Positions 9,564 through 19,717 of a DNA stretch of 42,331 bases are shown here, in pieces. Under the pieces are notes generated by a model. The model was given only the letters and a program-made list of their open reading frames with translations, ran no database searches and was not told where the DNA came from. Source of the DNA: Actinomycetota bacterium (GTDB lineage Bacteria; Actinomycetota; Humimicrobiia; Humimicrobiales; Humimicrobiaceae); assembly GCA_014894375.1 (NCBI GenBank), contig JADBLP010000035.1, positions 1 through 42,331 on the forward strand, given 5' to 3'. Within the stretch, counting starts at the first letter, position 1. The number at the start of each line of letters is the position of its first letter. A program made the translations under genes and the position numbers.

Positions 9564-9685
9564 AAGATTTTAGATTTTTTAAATACACAACTTATCATCA
9601 TTCCTTTCCTTATAGTTTTAAAATTCCTATTATTAAGATATTATTATTCAAGATGTTTTATCAAAAAAATACAGGACTAACCGGT

Positions 9686-10369
9686 ATGATAAAAAAGGGT
9701 TTATTTATAACATTTGAAGGTATTGATGGCTCAGGAAAAACTACCCAGATAGAGCTTTTAAATAATTATCTTAAAAGTAAGGGCTTTGATGTGGTTACAA
9801 CTATTGAACCCGGCGGAACTGAGATTGGCGGCAAGATTAGAAATATTCTTCTGGATAAGGGGAATCTCGATATGTCCCATAAGGCTGAAACCCTTCTCTT
9901 TTTGGCCTCCAGGGCGGAACTTGTATCAGAGGTAATAGCACCTGCCTTGAGGGAAGGAAAGATTGTGATATGTGACAGGTTTTTTGATTCAACAGTGGTA
10001 TATCAGGGCATAGCCAGGGGGCTGGGGGAGAAACAGGTTTTAGATATGAGCCTGTGGGCTACTGGCGGGATAGTGCCTGATATAACTTTTTTACTGTCGG
10101 TTGAAGTCAGCAGAGGCAAAAAAAGAATAGATACCCCACATCAGTTAAGCTTTGCAGAAATTTACCTAGTTAAAGTCAGCAGAGGCAAAAAAAGGGATAG
10201 GATTGAACTTGAAAATGACAACTTTAAAAAAAAGATTTATAAAGGTTATCTGGATATCGCCAGGGAAAATAAAGATAGGATTGTAGTTATTGATGGTGAA
10301 AAGAATATTGAAAGTATATTTGAAGAAATAAAAAGTAAAGTTTGCGAGTATTTAAAAAATAGAAAATGA
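9686..10369 (+). CDS. tmk: thymidylate (dTMP) kinase with an in-frame insertion
   Basis: FEGIDGSGKTTQ P-loop, EPGGT, CDRF, YQG, DRIE; ATG 9686 preferred over ATG 9653. Confidence 0.95.
   Translation: MIKKGLFITFEGIDGSGKTTQIELLNNYLKSKGFDVVTTIEPGGTEIGGKIRNILLDKGNLDMSHKAETLLFLASRAELVSEVIAPALREGKIVICDRFFDSTVVYQGIARGLGEKQVLDMSLWATGGIVPDITFLLSVEVSRGKKRIDTPHQLSFAEIYLVKVSRGKKRDRIELENDNFKKKIYKGYLDIARENKDRIVVIDGEKNIESIFEEIKSKVCEYLKNRK
10104..10194 (+). repeat. 22-bp exact direct repeat inside tmk, 69-bp offset
   Basis: AAGTCAGCAGAGGCAAAAAAAG at 10104-10125 and 10173-10194; protein shows VSRGKKR twice. Confidence 0.9.
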
Positions 10370-11433
10370 AAATACTTCAAAATATTGATTTTTTGACCGA
10401 AGATAATGTTAATCGGTCAAATATAATGCTGCTTGCAAGAACGATAGAAAGTGACAATATTTCACATGCATATATGTTCTGTGGAAATAATATGGAGCTT
10501 CTAAGTAAACTTGCTCTGGTATTTGCTGCTTCCATAAATTGTCTTGATAAAGGATGTGGGAATTGCATTATCTGCAGGAATACAAAAAGAGGTGTTTATC
10601 CCAATATTTTAGTTGTGGAACCTGAAGGAAATATATTAAGAATAGAGGAAATTGCAAGATTACAGAAGTTTATGAACTTGAGCTCTTATAATCCTGGAAA
10701 AAAAATATGTGTTATTAAAGAGTCCGAGCTTATGAATCAGGAAGCTGCCAACAGGCTGCTGAAGACTCTAGAAGATCCTCCTGATGATGATAGCATATTT
10801 ATATTACTTACAGAGGATATATCAATAATACTTCCTACGGTTGTATCCAGATGCCTGGTTTACAGATGGAATTTTAAATTTGACGAAGATACACAGAGAA
10901 AAGCTGATTTTGAAGTAATGGAGAAATACCTGAATGAAGGGATTAAAAACATAATAATGCTTCAGGAGAATCAAATCAGGGCTTCTACTGCCTCTATGGA
11001 TTTAACTTTAAGACTGGTTGAAATACTTAAAAAAATGAAAGCCGGAGTTAAGACAGATCTGGAGAAGGAGTTTATTGAAATAAGAAAAAGTGATTTTGAA
11101 AAAAGTGATGTAAATAAATATATTGAGATATTAAAATCAAAACATAAGAGAAAAATAAACAAGTTTCATAATTTGGGCATAAGCAGGGTTTTTGATATAA
11201 TATCTGCCTGGCTTGAAGATATACTTGTGGTAAAATTAGGAGCTGGAGAGAAAAGCTTGAATTTTTCAAAGAATTATTTATTTATAAGTAAAAACATTAA
11301 AAATATTAAAATAGATAAAATTTTTAAACTGATGGAAGTAATAGAAGGAAATAGAAGTTATCTTAACTACTCTATTAATTCTGAGTTAGCCCTGGATAAT
11401 ATTTTCCTTCAGTTTCAGAATATATACAGATAA
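10366..11433 (+). CDS. holB: DNA polymerase III delta' subunit
   Basis: HAYMF, zinc module CxxxxCGNCxxC, AANRLLKTLEDPP, LPTVVSRC; directly after tmk. Confidence 0.9.
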   Translation: MKILQNIDFLTEDNVNRSNIMLLARTIESDNISHAYMFCGNNMELLSKLALVFAASINCLDKGCGNCIICRNTKRGVYPNILVVEPEGNILRIEEIARLQKFMNLSSYNPGKKICVIKESELMNQEAANRLLKTLEDPPDDDSIFILLTEDISIILPTVVSRCLVYRWNFKFDEDTQRKADFEVMEKYLNEGIKNIIMLQENQIRASTASMDLTLRLVEILKKMKAGVKTDLEKEFIEIRKSDFEKSDVNKYIEILKSKHKRKINKFHNLGISRVFDIISAWLEDILVVKLGAGEKSLNFSKNYLFISKNIKNIKIDKIFKLMEVIEGNRSYLNYSINSELALDNIFLQFQNIYR

Positions 11434-11436
11434 GAG

Positions 11437-12327
11437 GTGAAGGCTATGTCTTTGATTGTAGGAATAATGTTTAGAAAAAATGATACTGTTCATTACTATG
11501 ATCCTGCCGGAATTAAAATGGAAGCGGGAGATAAGGTCATATGCCATATGAGTGATGATGCCAGAGAAATTGGAGAAGTGATTGTGCCTCCGGTGGATAT
11601 CAGTGAAAGCGATGTCACCACTCCCTTAAATAGAGTCATAAGAAAAGCTACCTATTACGATCTCTCAGTTGATGAATTAAACCGGGATAAGGAAGAAAAG
11701 GGATCTAAGAAATTTAGCGAGCTGACTGAAAAATACAATCTTAAAATGAAACTGGTAAACGTGCATGTATTGTTTGATAAGAGTAAGATGATATTTTATT
11801 TTACCTCGGAAAAAAGAGTGGATTTCAGAGAAATGGTAAAGGAACTTGCTACTCATTTTAAGATCAGGATAGAACTCAGGCAGATTGGTGTAAGAGATGA
11901 AGCAAAAATAATAGGAGGGCTGGGTCCATGTGGAATGAATCTGTGTTGTAAAAGTTTTTTAACTGACTTTGAATCAATTTCTATAAAAATGGCAAAAGAT
12001 CAAAACCTTCCGTTAAATCCTTTTAAAATATCAGGGATATGTGGAAGATTGATGTGCTGCCTGAAGTATGAGTATGATTCATATAAGGAATTTATTGAAA
12101 AGGCACCGGAGAGGGGAATAAAAGTAAAATGCAGTTATGGCTGTGGTGGGGTCTGCGGGTATGAACCTTTAAAGGAATCTATAATTGTGGAATTTGATAG
12201 TGAGACCAGGAAATCTATCCCGCTTTCGGAAGTTGAAGTTACTAATGAAAGAGTAGAAATCAAAGGAGATAACGGCGAAGAGGCCAAATCTGCAGATAAG
12301 GACAAAAATGATGCTGAGGGTGTTTGA
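11437..12327 (+). CDS. ricT: PSP1-domain protein (YaaT/RicT-like)
   Basis: RVDFRE, RIELRQIGVRDEAK, GPCG-LCC, SGICGRLMCCLKYE; tmk-holB-yaaT synteny. Confidence 0.88.
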   Translation: MKAMSLIVGIMFRKNDTVHYYDPAGIKMEAGDKVICHMSDDAREIGEVIVPPVDISESDVTTPLNRVIRKATYYDLSVDELNRDKEEKGSKKFSELTEKYNLKMKLVNVHVLFDKSKMIFYFTSEKRVDFREMVKELATHFKIRIELRQIGVRDEAKIIGGLGPCGMNLCCKSFLTDFESISIKMAKDQNLPLNPFKISGICGRLMCCLKYEYDSYKEFIEKAPERGIKVKCSYGCGGVCGYEPLKESIIVEFDSETRKSIPLSEVEVTNERVEIKGDNGEEAKSADKDKNDAEGV

Positions 12328-12351
12328 AATTACTTTTTATTCAGTTGATTG

Positions 12352-12427
12352 GCCGATGTAGCTCAACTGGTAGAGCAGCTCATTCGTAATGAGCAGGTTA
12401 TCGGTTCAAGTCCGGTCATCGGCTCCA
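12352..12427 (+). tRNA. tRNA-Thr(CGT)
   Basis: 76-nt cloverleaf: acceptor GCCGATG/CATCGGC, D arm GCTC/GAGC, anticodon arm GCTCA-TT-CGT-AA-TGAGC, T loop TTCAAGT, encoded CCA. Confidence 0.97.
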
Positions 12428-12442
12428 GTGAAAGGGAAACTG

Positions 12443-14137
12443 TTGGTAATAAATGAATTAAAACAAAAAATCCAGGATTATGTGAGCGAGCTGGCGGAGG
12501 TTAAATCCGATTTAGGCAATCTGACTATTGAAGAACCAAAGAACAGGAAGTTTGGCGATCTCTCAACCAATGCTGCTATGGTACTTGCACCGGTTTTAAA
12601 GAAAAATCCTATAGAGATTGCTAAAAAGCTAAAAGAAGAAGTATTTTCCGGATGGAATCAAATTAAAGATGTGAATATAGTAAAACCAGGATTTATTAAT
12701 TTTAATTTGAAGGATGAATTTATAAAAGAAGCCCTAAAAGAAATTGTAACCGGCAAGGAAAAATTCGGGTTTAACCAGAGCGGTATGGGAGTAAGTGTAC
12801 TACTGGAGTATGTAAGCTCTAATCCCACAGGTGATCTTCATATAGGGCACGGCAGGTGGGGAGCACTGGGGGACAGTCTGGCAAATATTTACGATGCCAA
12901 CGGATATAAGGTGTCCAGAGAATACTATGTCAACGATTACGGAACCCAGGTGGAAAAATTTAGCGATTGCGCCAGGTGTATTTATCTAAGGCATTTTGGC
13001 AGGGATACAGATTATCCTGAAGATGGATATCCAGAGGCAGTAGTGTCCGTAGCGGTGGCGAGATTGGTTAGCAATTATAATGACAGGTTTATAATTGAAA
13101 AAGACGGGGAAAAAGATGTAGAGAAAGAGTCTTTTAAGAAAGAAATAATTAAGGTAATGGTCTCATATATCAGTGAGACTCTGACTTCAATGGGTGTGGA
13201 GTATGACCGGTGGTTTTATGAAAGCTGGCTGTATGAAAATTCAAACTTCCAGAAAGTAATTGATGATTTAAAAAATAAGGATGTGGTTTACCAGAAGGAT
13301 GGCGCTTTATGGTTTAGGGCTTCACGGTATGTGGATGACAAAGACAGAGTGGTGGTAAGAAAAGACGGGAACCCCGCTTACTTTGCTTCAGATATATTAT
13401 ATCTGATAAATAAGATAGAAAGAGGATATGATATATTGTTTTATATTCTGGGAGCAGACCATCATGGTTATGTAGACAGGTTAAGGGCAATTGGAAAAGC
13501 TCTTGGATTAGCAGAAGATAGAATTGTCATAATAATAGGGCAGATGGTAAAAATACTGAGTGAGGGCAAGGCTTTGAAGATGTCCAGGAGGAAAGGCAAG
13601 CTCTATCCCTTAAGAGACTTGATAAGAGAGGTGGGGAAAGATGCGGCAAGATACTTTTTTAGTATGAATTCTTTTGATACGCCAATGGACTTTGATGTAA
13701 GTCTTGCCAAACAGAAGTCGAATCAAAACCCGGTTTATTATGTGCAGTATGCGCATGCCAGGATTGAAAATATCATTAAAAAGATAAGGGAAACCAGTCC
13801 CGGCAACTTAGATATAGATAAATATAATCTTGATATGGTCGATACATCAAAAATAGAGTTTAAAAGTGAAAATGAGAGGCAACTGGCAAAAATAATGGCC
13901 TTATATCCGGATGTGGTTTACAATAGCTGTAAGATTAACGCTCCACATCTAATAACTCAGTATTTATACAGACTGGCAACTGAATTCCATTATTTCTATA
14001 ATAACTTTAGAGTACTAAATGATAACGGAGATGTGGCAACGGTAGATGTGGATAGACTTATTTTAATTCTGCTGGTAAGACAGGTGCTCAGGAATGCCTT
14101 AAAACTGCTTAACGTCGAAGCCCCGGAGAAAATGTAA
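12443..14137 (+). CDS. argS: arginine--tRNA ligase
   Basis: FGDLSTN, EYVSSNPTGDLHIGH, GADHHGY, KMSRRKG, YYVQYAHAR, APEKM; start moved to TTG 12443 (AAAGGG RBS) because the track start at 12389 lies inside the tRNA. Confidence 0.95.
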   Translation: MVINELKQKIQDYVSELAEVKSDLGNLTIEEPKNRKFGDLSTNAAMVLAPVLKKNPIEIAKKLKEEVFSGWNQIKDVNIVKPGFINFNLKDEFIKEALKEIVTGKEKFGFNQSGMGVSVLLEYVSSNPTGDLHIGHGRWGALGDSLANIYDANGYKVSREYYVNDYGTQVEKFSDCARCIYLRHFGRDTDYPEDGYPEAVVSVAVARLVSNYNDRFIIEKDGEKDVEKESFKKEIIKVMVSYISETLTSMGVEYDRWFYESWLYENSNFQKVIDDLKNKDVVYQKDGALWFRASRYVDDKDRVVVRKDGNPAYFASDILYLINKIERGYDILFYILGADHHGYVDRLRAIGKALGLAEDRIVIIIGQMVKILSEGKALKMSRRKGKLYPLRDLIREVGKDAARYFFSMNSFDTPMDFDVSLAKQKSNQNPVYYVQYAHARIENIIKKIRETSPGNLDIDKYNLDMVDTSKIEFKSENERQLAKIMALYPDVVYNSCKINAPHLITQYLYRLATEFHYFYNNFRVLNDNGDVATVDVDRLILILLVRQVLRNALKLLNVEAPEKM

Positions 14138-14242
14138 AAAATATGAATATATCCGGGTTAGTATTTAATTATATAATTTAATTATTTTCATAATTTGGTT
14201 AATATGTATTCATGCTTAAGGGATAGAGAGAGAGGATAGAAA

Positions 14243-15571
14243 ATGATACTTCCAATCACTTCAGAAAACAACCAAAACGGGCATCTGGTTATAGGTGGAA
14301 ATGATGTTCTGAAGTTAAGAGAAAAATATGGCACTCCATTATATATTTTAGATATTGCCACTATTAAAAATAAGTGCCAGAGCTACAGGAATAATTTTAC
14401 TTTTTCTGATTTAGATGTTGGAATAATTTATGCTGCCAAGGCATTTATATGTACAGCGATGTGTGAGCTTATAGCCAGAGAAGGTCTTGGCCTGGATGTA
14501 TCTACAGGAGGAGAGCTTTTTATTGCACTCGCAAGCGGTTTTCCTGCCGATAGGATATATTTTCACGGCAATAACAAGTCACAGGAAGAGATCCGGTATG
14601 GATTGGAAAGTAAAGTGGGATACTTTATGGTGGATAATTTTTCGGAGCTGGAAACGCTTGGAAAATTATGTGAGGCAAATAATATAAGGCAAAAGATTAT
14701 GTTAAGGATTAACCCGGGGATTAAAGCCGATACTCATGAATATATCCAGACCGGTAAAATAGACTCCAAATTTGGATTTAGTCTTCATAATAACGTTGCT
14801 CTGGAAGCAGTTAAGAAGGTCAGCCAGTATAAGAATCTGGAACTTACAGGAATTCATGCCCATATAGGTTCGCAGATATTTAATCTGTCATGCTACGACA
14901 GGCTGATAGAAGTTATGATAAAGTTTATAAGAGAAATCAGGGATAAATTAGGCGTATCAATAACCCGTATAAATATAGGGGGAGGATTGGGAGTAAAATA
15001 TACTCCGGAAGATAAGCCCTCTAGTATAGAGGATCTGGCAAAAGTAGTTTATAATGCGGTAATAAAGTACCAAAAAAAGTTTGAAGTCAGTCTGGATAGA
15101 TTATATCTTGAACCAGGAAGGTCCATTATTGGAAATGCCGGGGTGACGCTTTATGAAATCGGAGTAGTTAAAGAAATAAATGGAGTAAAAAAATATATTT
15201 TAATAGATGGCGGTATGTCTGATAATATAAGGCCAATGCTGTATCAGGCTAAATATGATGCATATCTTGCAAATAGGATGGAAGATTGTAAAAACATTGA
15301 AGACGGTAGGAAGATACATTACTCCATAGCTGGCAGACATTGTGAGAGCGGGGATGTGGTAATTGACGACATAAAATTACCAAAGGTATCCAGTGGTGAT
15401 TTTATTGTCTTGGCAACTACCGGAGCTTATTGTTATTCTATGTCCAGCAATTATAATTGCCAGCCAAAAAGTGCAGTGGTTGCGGTTGAAAACGGAAAGA
15501 GCTGGGTCTGGATAAAAAGGCAGACTTATAAAGACTTAGTGATGGGAGATGTTAAATTATATGAAAATTGA
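14243..15571 (+). CDS. lysA: diaminopimelate decarboxylase
   Basis: YGTPLY, YAAKAF, FHGNNKS, SKFG, HIGSQI, EPGRS, HCESGD, GAYCYSM. Confidence 0.96.
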   Translation: MILPITSENNQNGHLVIGGNDVLKLREKYGTPLYILDIATIKNKCQSYRNNFTFSDLDVGIIYAAKAFICTAMCELIAREGLGLDVSTGGELFIALASGFPADRIYFHGNNKSQEEIRYGLESKVGYFMVDNFSELETLGKLCEANNIRQKIMLRINPGIKADTHEYIQTGKIDSKFGFSLHNNVALEAVKKVSQYKNLELTGIHAHIGSQIFNLSCYDRLIEVMIKFIREIRDKLGVSITRINIGGGLGVKYTPEDKPSSIEDLAKVVYNAVIKYQKKFEVSLDRLYLEPGRSIIGNAGVTLYEIGVVKEINGVKKYILIDGGMSDNIRPMLYQAKYDAYLANRMEDCKNIEDGRKIHYSIAGRHCESGDVVIDDIKLPKVSSGDFIVLATTGAYCYSMSSNYNCQPKSAVVAVENGKSWVWIKRQTYKDLVMGDVKLYEN

Positions 15572-16889
15572 AAACAAAAATATAGAGGATATCAATATCG
15601 GGATAATCGGCTTTGGATATATTGCAAGTTGTGTTTTCTCCCTTATCCAGAGACAGAAGGATTATCTGGCTAAAAAAATAAAAAAGAATCTTAATATTAC
15701 TAGAATCGCAGAAAAAGACTTAAAAAAGATAGAGGCCTCTTCTATGAAGGGACTAAAAGATATAAAAGTTAGCAGCAATGCTGATGATGTTCTGGAGGAC
15801 GGGAGCATTGATATTATCGTGGAACTTATCGGTGGTATAAATCCTGCATACGACTATGTCTATAAGGCGTTAAGTTCAGGGAAGTATGTGGTAACTGCCA
15901 ATAAGGATCTCATTGCCAATAGGGGCGGGGAATTACTGGCAGTGGCAGAAAGAAATAATGTAGATATACTTTTTGAAGCAAGCGTAGGCGGAGGTATACC
16001 AATTATAGGACCCCTGAATTCATCTCTGGCTTCTAATAATATAAGTAAGATTGTTGGGATAGTCAATGGAACCACAAATTATATCCTTACCCGAATGGAA
16101 AAGGACAACCTGTCATTTGATGATGCCCTGAAAAAAGCTCAGGAGCTTGGATATGCAGAGAAAGCAAATCCATCATCAGATATTGAAGGTTATGATGCAG
16201 CCTGCAAACTGGCAATCTTAAGTTCCATAGCTTTCAATTCACGTGTTACATTAAATGATGTGTATAAAGAAGGAATCATAGATGTCTCATCTGATGATAT
16301 AAGAAATGCGCTGGATATGGGCTACAGGATAAAGCTACTGGCAATTGGAATTGAAGAAAATGGTGAAATAAGTGTAAGGGTTCATCCTGCCCTGATACCC
16401 ATAAGCCATATCCTGGCCTCAATTGAGAATACATTTAATGCGGTTTATGTTTATGGTAATTATATTGATGAGATGATGAGTTACGGAAGAGGTGCAGGAG
16501 ACAGGCCCACAGCAAGCTCTGTAGTAGGTGATATTATAAAAATTGCCAGGAACTTTGACCGCAAGAAGAAGGGAATAATCTATGGCTGCAGCTGTTTTGA
16601 GGATAAAAAGTTCAAATCTATAGATGATACCATAAGCAAGTTCTATATTCTTATTGATGTAGTAGATAAGCCCGGGGTTTTAGCCAGGATTGCGGAGGTA
16701 TTTGGCCGGAATTTAGTGAGTATCAATTCAATGATTCAGAAGCAGACAGACAAGGAAAAAAGCGCAAGGCTTATATTTATCACCCATGAAGTAATCAATA
16801 AAAATTTATATAAATCAATAAGTGAGATATCAAAGCTTGATGTTGTAGATAAAGTGCTCAGCATAATCAGGGTAGAAGATTTGAGTTAA
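15549..16889 (+). CDS. hom: homoserine dehydrogenase with C-terminal ACT domain
   Basis: VVTANK, EASVGGGIPII, NGTTNYIL, DIEGYDAACK, DKPGVLA; start could be ATG 15561. Confidence 0.95.
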   Translation: MLNYMKIENKNIEDINIGIIGFGYIASCVFSLIQRQKDYLAKKIKKNLNITRIAEKDLKKIEASSMKGLKDIKVSSNADDVLEDGSIDIIVELIGGINPAYDYVYKALSSGKYVVTANKDLIANRGGELLAVAERNNVDILFEASVGGGIPIIGPLNSSLASNNISKIVGIVNGTTNYILTRMEKDNLSFDDALKKAQELGYAEKANPSSDIEGYDAACKLAILSSIAFNSRVTLNDVYKEGIIDVSSDDIRNALDMGYRIKLLAIGIEENGEISVRVHPALIPISHILASIENTFNAVYVYGNYIDEMMSYGRGAGDRPTASSVVGDIIKIARNFDRKKKGIIYGCSCFEDKKFKSIDDTISKFYILIDVVDKPGVLARIAEVFGRNLVSINSMIQKQTDKEKSARLIFITHEVINKNLYKSISEISKLDVVDKVLSIIRVEDLS

Positions 16890-16986
16890 TCACGAGCCAG
16901 CAGTATCGGATAAAAACATCCTTGTTATTTTTATAAGTCAGATATATTAAATTACAGATAGTTATTATCTTTTAAAGGGAAGAAAA

Positions 16987-18477
16987 GTGTCAAAATTATT
17001 TTACAGGAGCACCAGAGGAACTGATAACAGAATAGAATCCTCCCGGGCAATTGTTAGAGGCATTGCTACAGATGGAGGACTTTATGTTCCAGAAGCCGTT
17101 CCGCAGATTGATCTGCCCCTGGACAGCCTCTCCCGGATGGATTATGGGGAGCTTGCATTATATATAATGAGTAAGTTCCTTACCGACTTTAAGGAAGAAG
17201 AGCTCAAATATTGTATCAGGAAAGCTTATGATAAGAAGTTTGATGATTCCCGGATTGCACCACTTGTGGAAAATGGCGGTGCTTTTTTCCTTGAGCTTTT
17301 TCATGGACCAACACTTGCCTTTAAGGATATGGCTTTATCCATACTGCCTTATTTATTAAAAATAGCTGCAGATAAAAATAGCATAGATAAAGAAATAGTC
17401 ATACTTACTGCCACCTCTGGAGACACAGGCAAAGCTGCACTTGAAGGTTTTGCAGGTGTTGAAGGAACGAAAATAATCGTATTTTATCCTAAAGATGGTG
17501 TGAGTAAAATACAGGAAAGACATATGACCACCCAGGCGGGAGATAATACCTATGCTGTAGCAATTGAGGGTAATTTTGATGATGCCCAGAGAGGGGTAAA
17601 GAATATCTTTTCCGACAGGACATTCAATGAGGCTTTAAATAAAAGCGGATATATATTCTCTTCGGCGAATTCCATTAACATCGGGAGGCTGGTTCCCCAG
17701 GTGGTCTATTATGTGTATGCTTATCTTAGCCTTAGAAGAGCGGGAAAAATTGGAGCAGATGAAATGATAAATATCACTGTTCCAACCGGAAATTTTGGAA
17801 ATATTCTGGCAGCCTATTACGCGAAAAAAATGGGGCTTCCGGTAGTAAAACTTATATGCGCTTCCAATGAGAATAATGTGCTTTATGATTTTATAAATAC
17901 AGGAGTATATGATAAGAAAAGGAAACTGATTGCCACAAGCTCGCCTGCTATGGATATCCTGGTTTCAAGCAATCTGGAGCGGCTGCTGTATGACATCTCC
18001 GGCGGTGACGTAAGGATAATAAATAATCTTACCAGTGACCTTAATAAAAAAGGAGAGTTTAAAATAACCAGCGATATGAAGAATGAATTGGTTGATTTTT
18101 ACGGGGGCTTTGCCACGGATAAGGAGACTTTTGAAACTATAAAATATGTCTTTTACGATTTCAACTATTTAATCGATACACATACTGCGGTTGGATATAA
18201 CGTTTACCGGAAATATCTGGATGACAGTGGGGATAAGTCAAAAACAGTCATAGTTTCAACTGCAAGTCCCTTTAAATTTCCGGGCAGTGTAGCAAGAGCC
18301 ATAGATGAAAAATATGCCGGTATGGATGAATTTTCTCTTCTGGAGGTGCTGTCAAAGATTTCCGGTTTAAAAATTCCGCATGCAATAAAAGATATAGGAA
18401 GTAGAGAGATTCTCCACAGCACTGTTTGTAAAACCAGCCAGATGAAAGATGTCATAACCGACATTCTTGGTGTATAA
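16987..18477 (+). CDS. thrC: threonine synthase (long form)
   Basis: YRSTRG, DGGLYVP, LELFHGPTLAFKD, ATSGDTG, SANSINIGR, PTGNFG, TASPFKF. Confidence 0.96.
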   Translation: MSKLFYRSTRGTDNRIESSRAIVRGIATDGGLYVPEAVPQIDLPLDSLSRMDYGELALYIMSKFLTDFKEEELKYCIRKAYDKKFDDSRIAPLVENGGAFFLELFHGPTLAFKDMALSILPYLLKIAADKNSIDKEIVILTATSGDTGKAALEGFAGVEGTKIIVFYPKDGVSKIQERHMTTQAGDNTYAVAIEGNFDDAQRGVKNIFSDRTFNEALNKSGYIFSSANSINIGRLVPQVVYYVYAYLSLRRAGKIGADEMINITVPTGNFGNILAAYYAKKMGLPVVKLICASNENNVLYDFINTGVYDKKRKLIATSSPAMDILVSSNLERLLYDISGGDVRIINNLTSDLNKKGEFKITSDMKNELVDFYGGFATDKETFETIKYVFYDFNYLIDTHTAVGYNVYRKYLDDSGDKSKTVIVSTASPFKFPGSVARAIDEKYAGMDEFSLLEVLSKISGLKIPHAIKDIGSREILHSTVCKTSQMKDVITDILGV

Positions 18478-18508
18478 AAAATCTGGCGGATAATTTAAAG
18501 TGTAAATT

Positions 18509-19717
18509 ATGAAATATATAATAATTCTCATAGATGGGGTGGCAGACTACAGGATAGCGGAACTGGGAAATAAAACTCCCCTGCAGTATGCAAAAACTCC
18601 TGTTCTGGATGGTCTTGCCAGAAACAGTGAAATGGGGATGGTTAAGACCATTCCAGATGGAATGGCACCTGGAAGCGATACTGCCAACCTGTCTGTGCTG
18701 GGATACGATCCTAAAAAATATCATACCGGACGCTCGCCCCTGGAAGCAGTAAGTCTTGGCATTAATCTTTCAGGGGACGATGTAGCATTCAGGTGTAATC
18801 TGGTTACATTATCCGAAGAAGATGATTATATTGACAGGACTATGGTGGATTACAGTGCAGGAGAAATTCCTACGGACCTGTCCAGAGTATTAATTGAAGA
18901 TATTGGAAGTAAACTTCAGACTGAAAAAATAAAGTTTTATCCGGGAGTAAGCTACAGGCATATAATTGTGTGGGAAGGCGGTCCTGATAAGAATATTCTT
19001 ACACCGCCCCATGACATACTGGATAAAAAGATTTCTGATTATCTTCCTAGAGGTCCGGGCAGCAGCACACTTTTAGATATGATGGTCAGGAGCAGCAGTC
19101 TATTAAAAGAGCACACCATAAATAAAGAACGGATAAAAAATGGCACAAGACCTGCAAATTCAATATGGATCTGGGGAGAGGGGAGGAAGCCCAGTTTGGA
19201 TAGTTTCTATGAAAAATATAAGTTAGAAGGCTCAGTAATATCAGCTGTTGACCTTGTAAAGGGTATCGGTATTTTAGCCGGGCTCCAGCCGGTTAAAGTT
19301 GAGGGTGCAACCGGCACAATAAATACCAATTTCAGGGGCAAAGCCAGTGCGGCTATAAATGAGCTTAAAGGTGAAAAGGACTTCGTATATCTTCACCTGG
19401 AAGCTACCGATGAATGCAGTCATCAGGGAAATGTCAAAAATAAAGTAAAGGCCATTGAGATTATTGACAGGGAAGTTATAGAGCTCATAAAAGAAGCCCT
19501 GGAAAGGCAGGGTGCCTGTTACAGGATGATGATACTTCCAGACCATTATACACCCATATCACTCAGGACTCATACCTCAGAACCAGTACCATTTATGATT
19601 TATGATAGTACTAATAAGATCAAGAGTAGATCAGAAAGTTTTAATGAGTTTTCCGCTAAAGAAACCGGCCTATATTTTAAAGAAGGTTATAAGTTGCTGG
19701 ATCATTTTTTTCTGTAG
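18509..19717 (+). CDS. ApgM-like cofactor-independent phosphoglycerate mutase family protein (proposed homoserine kinase subgroup)
   Basis: DGVAD, KTPL, PGSDTANLS, GRSPLEA, AFRCN, HLEATDECSH, PDHYTP, THT metalloenzyme motifs; directly after hom-thrC. Confidence 0.85.
   Translation: MKYIIILIDGVADYRIAELGNKTPLQYAKTPVLDGLARNSEMGMVKTIPDGMAPGSDTANLSVLGYDPKKYHTGRSPLEAVSLGINLSGDDVAFRCNLVTLSEEDDYIDRTMVDYSAGEIPTDLSRVLIEDIGSKLQTEKIKFYPGVSYRHIIVWEGGPDKNILTPPHDILDKKISDYLPRGPGSSTLLDMMVRSSSLLKEHTINKERIKNGTRPANSIWIWGEGRKPSLDSFYEKYKLEGSVISAVDLVKGIGILAGLQPVKVEGATGTINTNFRGKASAAINELKGEKDFVYLHLEATDECSHQGNVKNKVKAIEIIDREVIELIKEALERQGACYRMMILPDHYTPISLRTHTSEPVPFMIYDSTNKIKSRSESFNEFSAKETGLYFKEGYKLLDHFFL

Noticed and set aside
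10366-10520. HolB lacks a Walker A motif
   Set aside because: A degenerate P-loop is normal for delta' subunits.
12389-12442. N-terminal extension of ArgS in the ORF track
   Set aside because: It reads through the tRNA gene; an artefact of longest-ORF calling.
14138-14242. Lysine riboswitch or T-box before lysA
   Set aside because: Only 105 nt and very AT-rich, with no conserved riboswitch or T-box elements.
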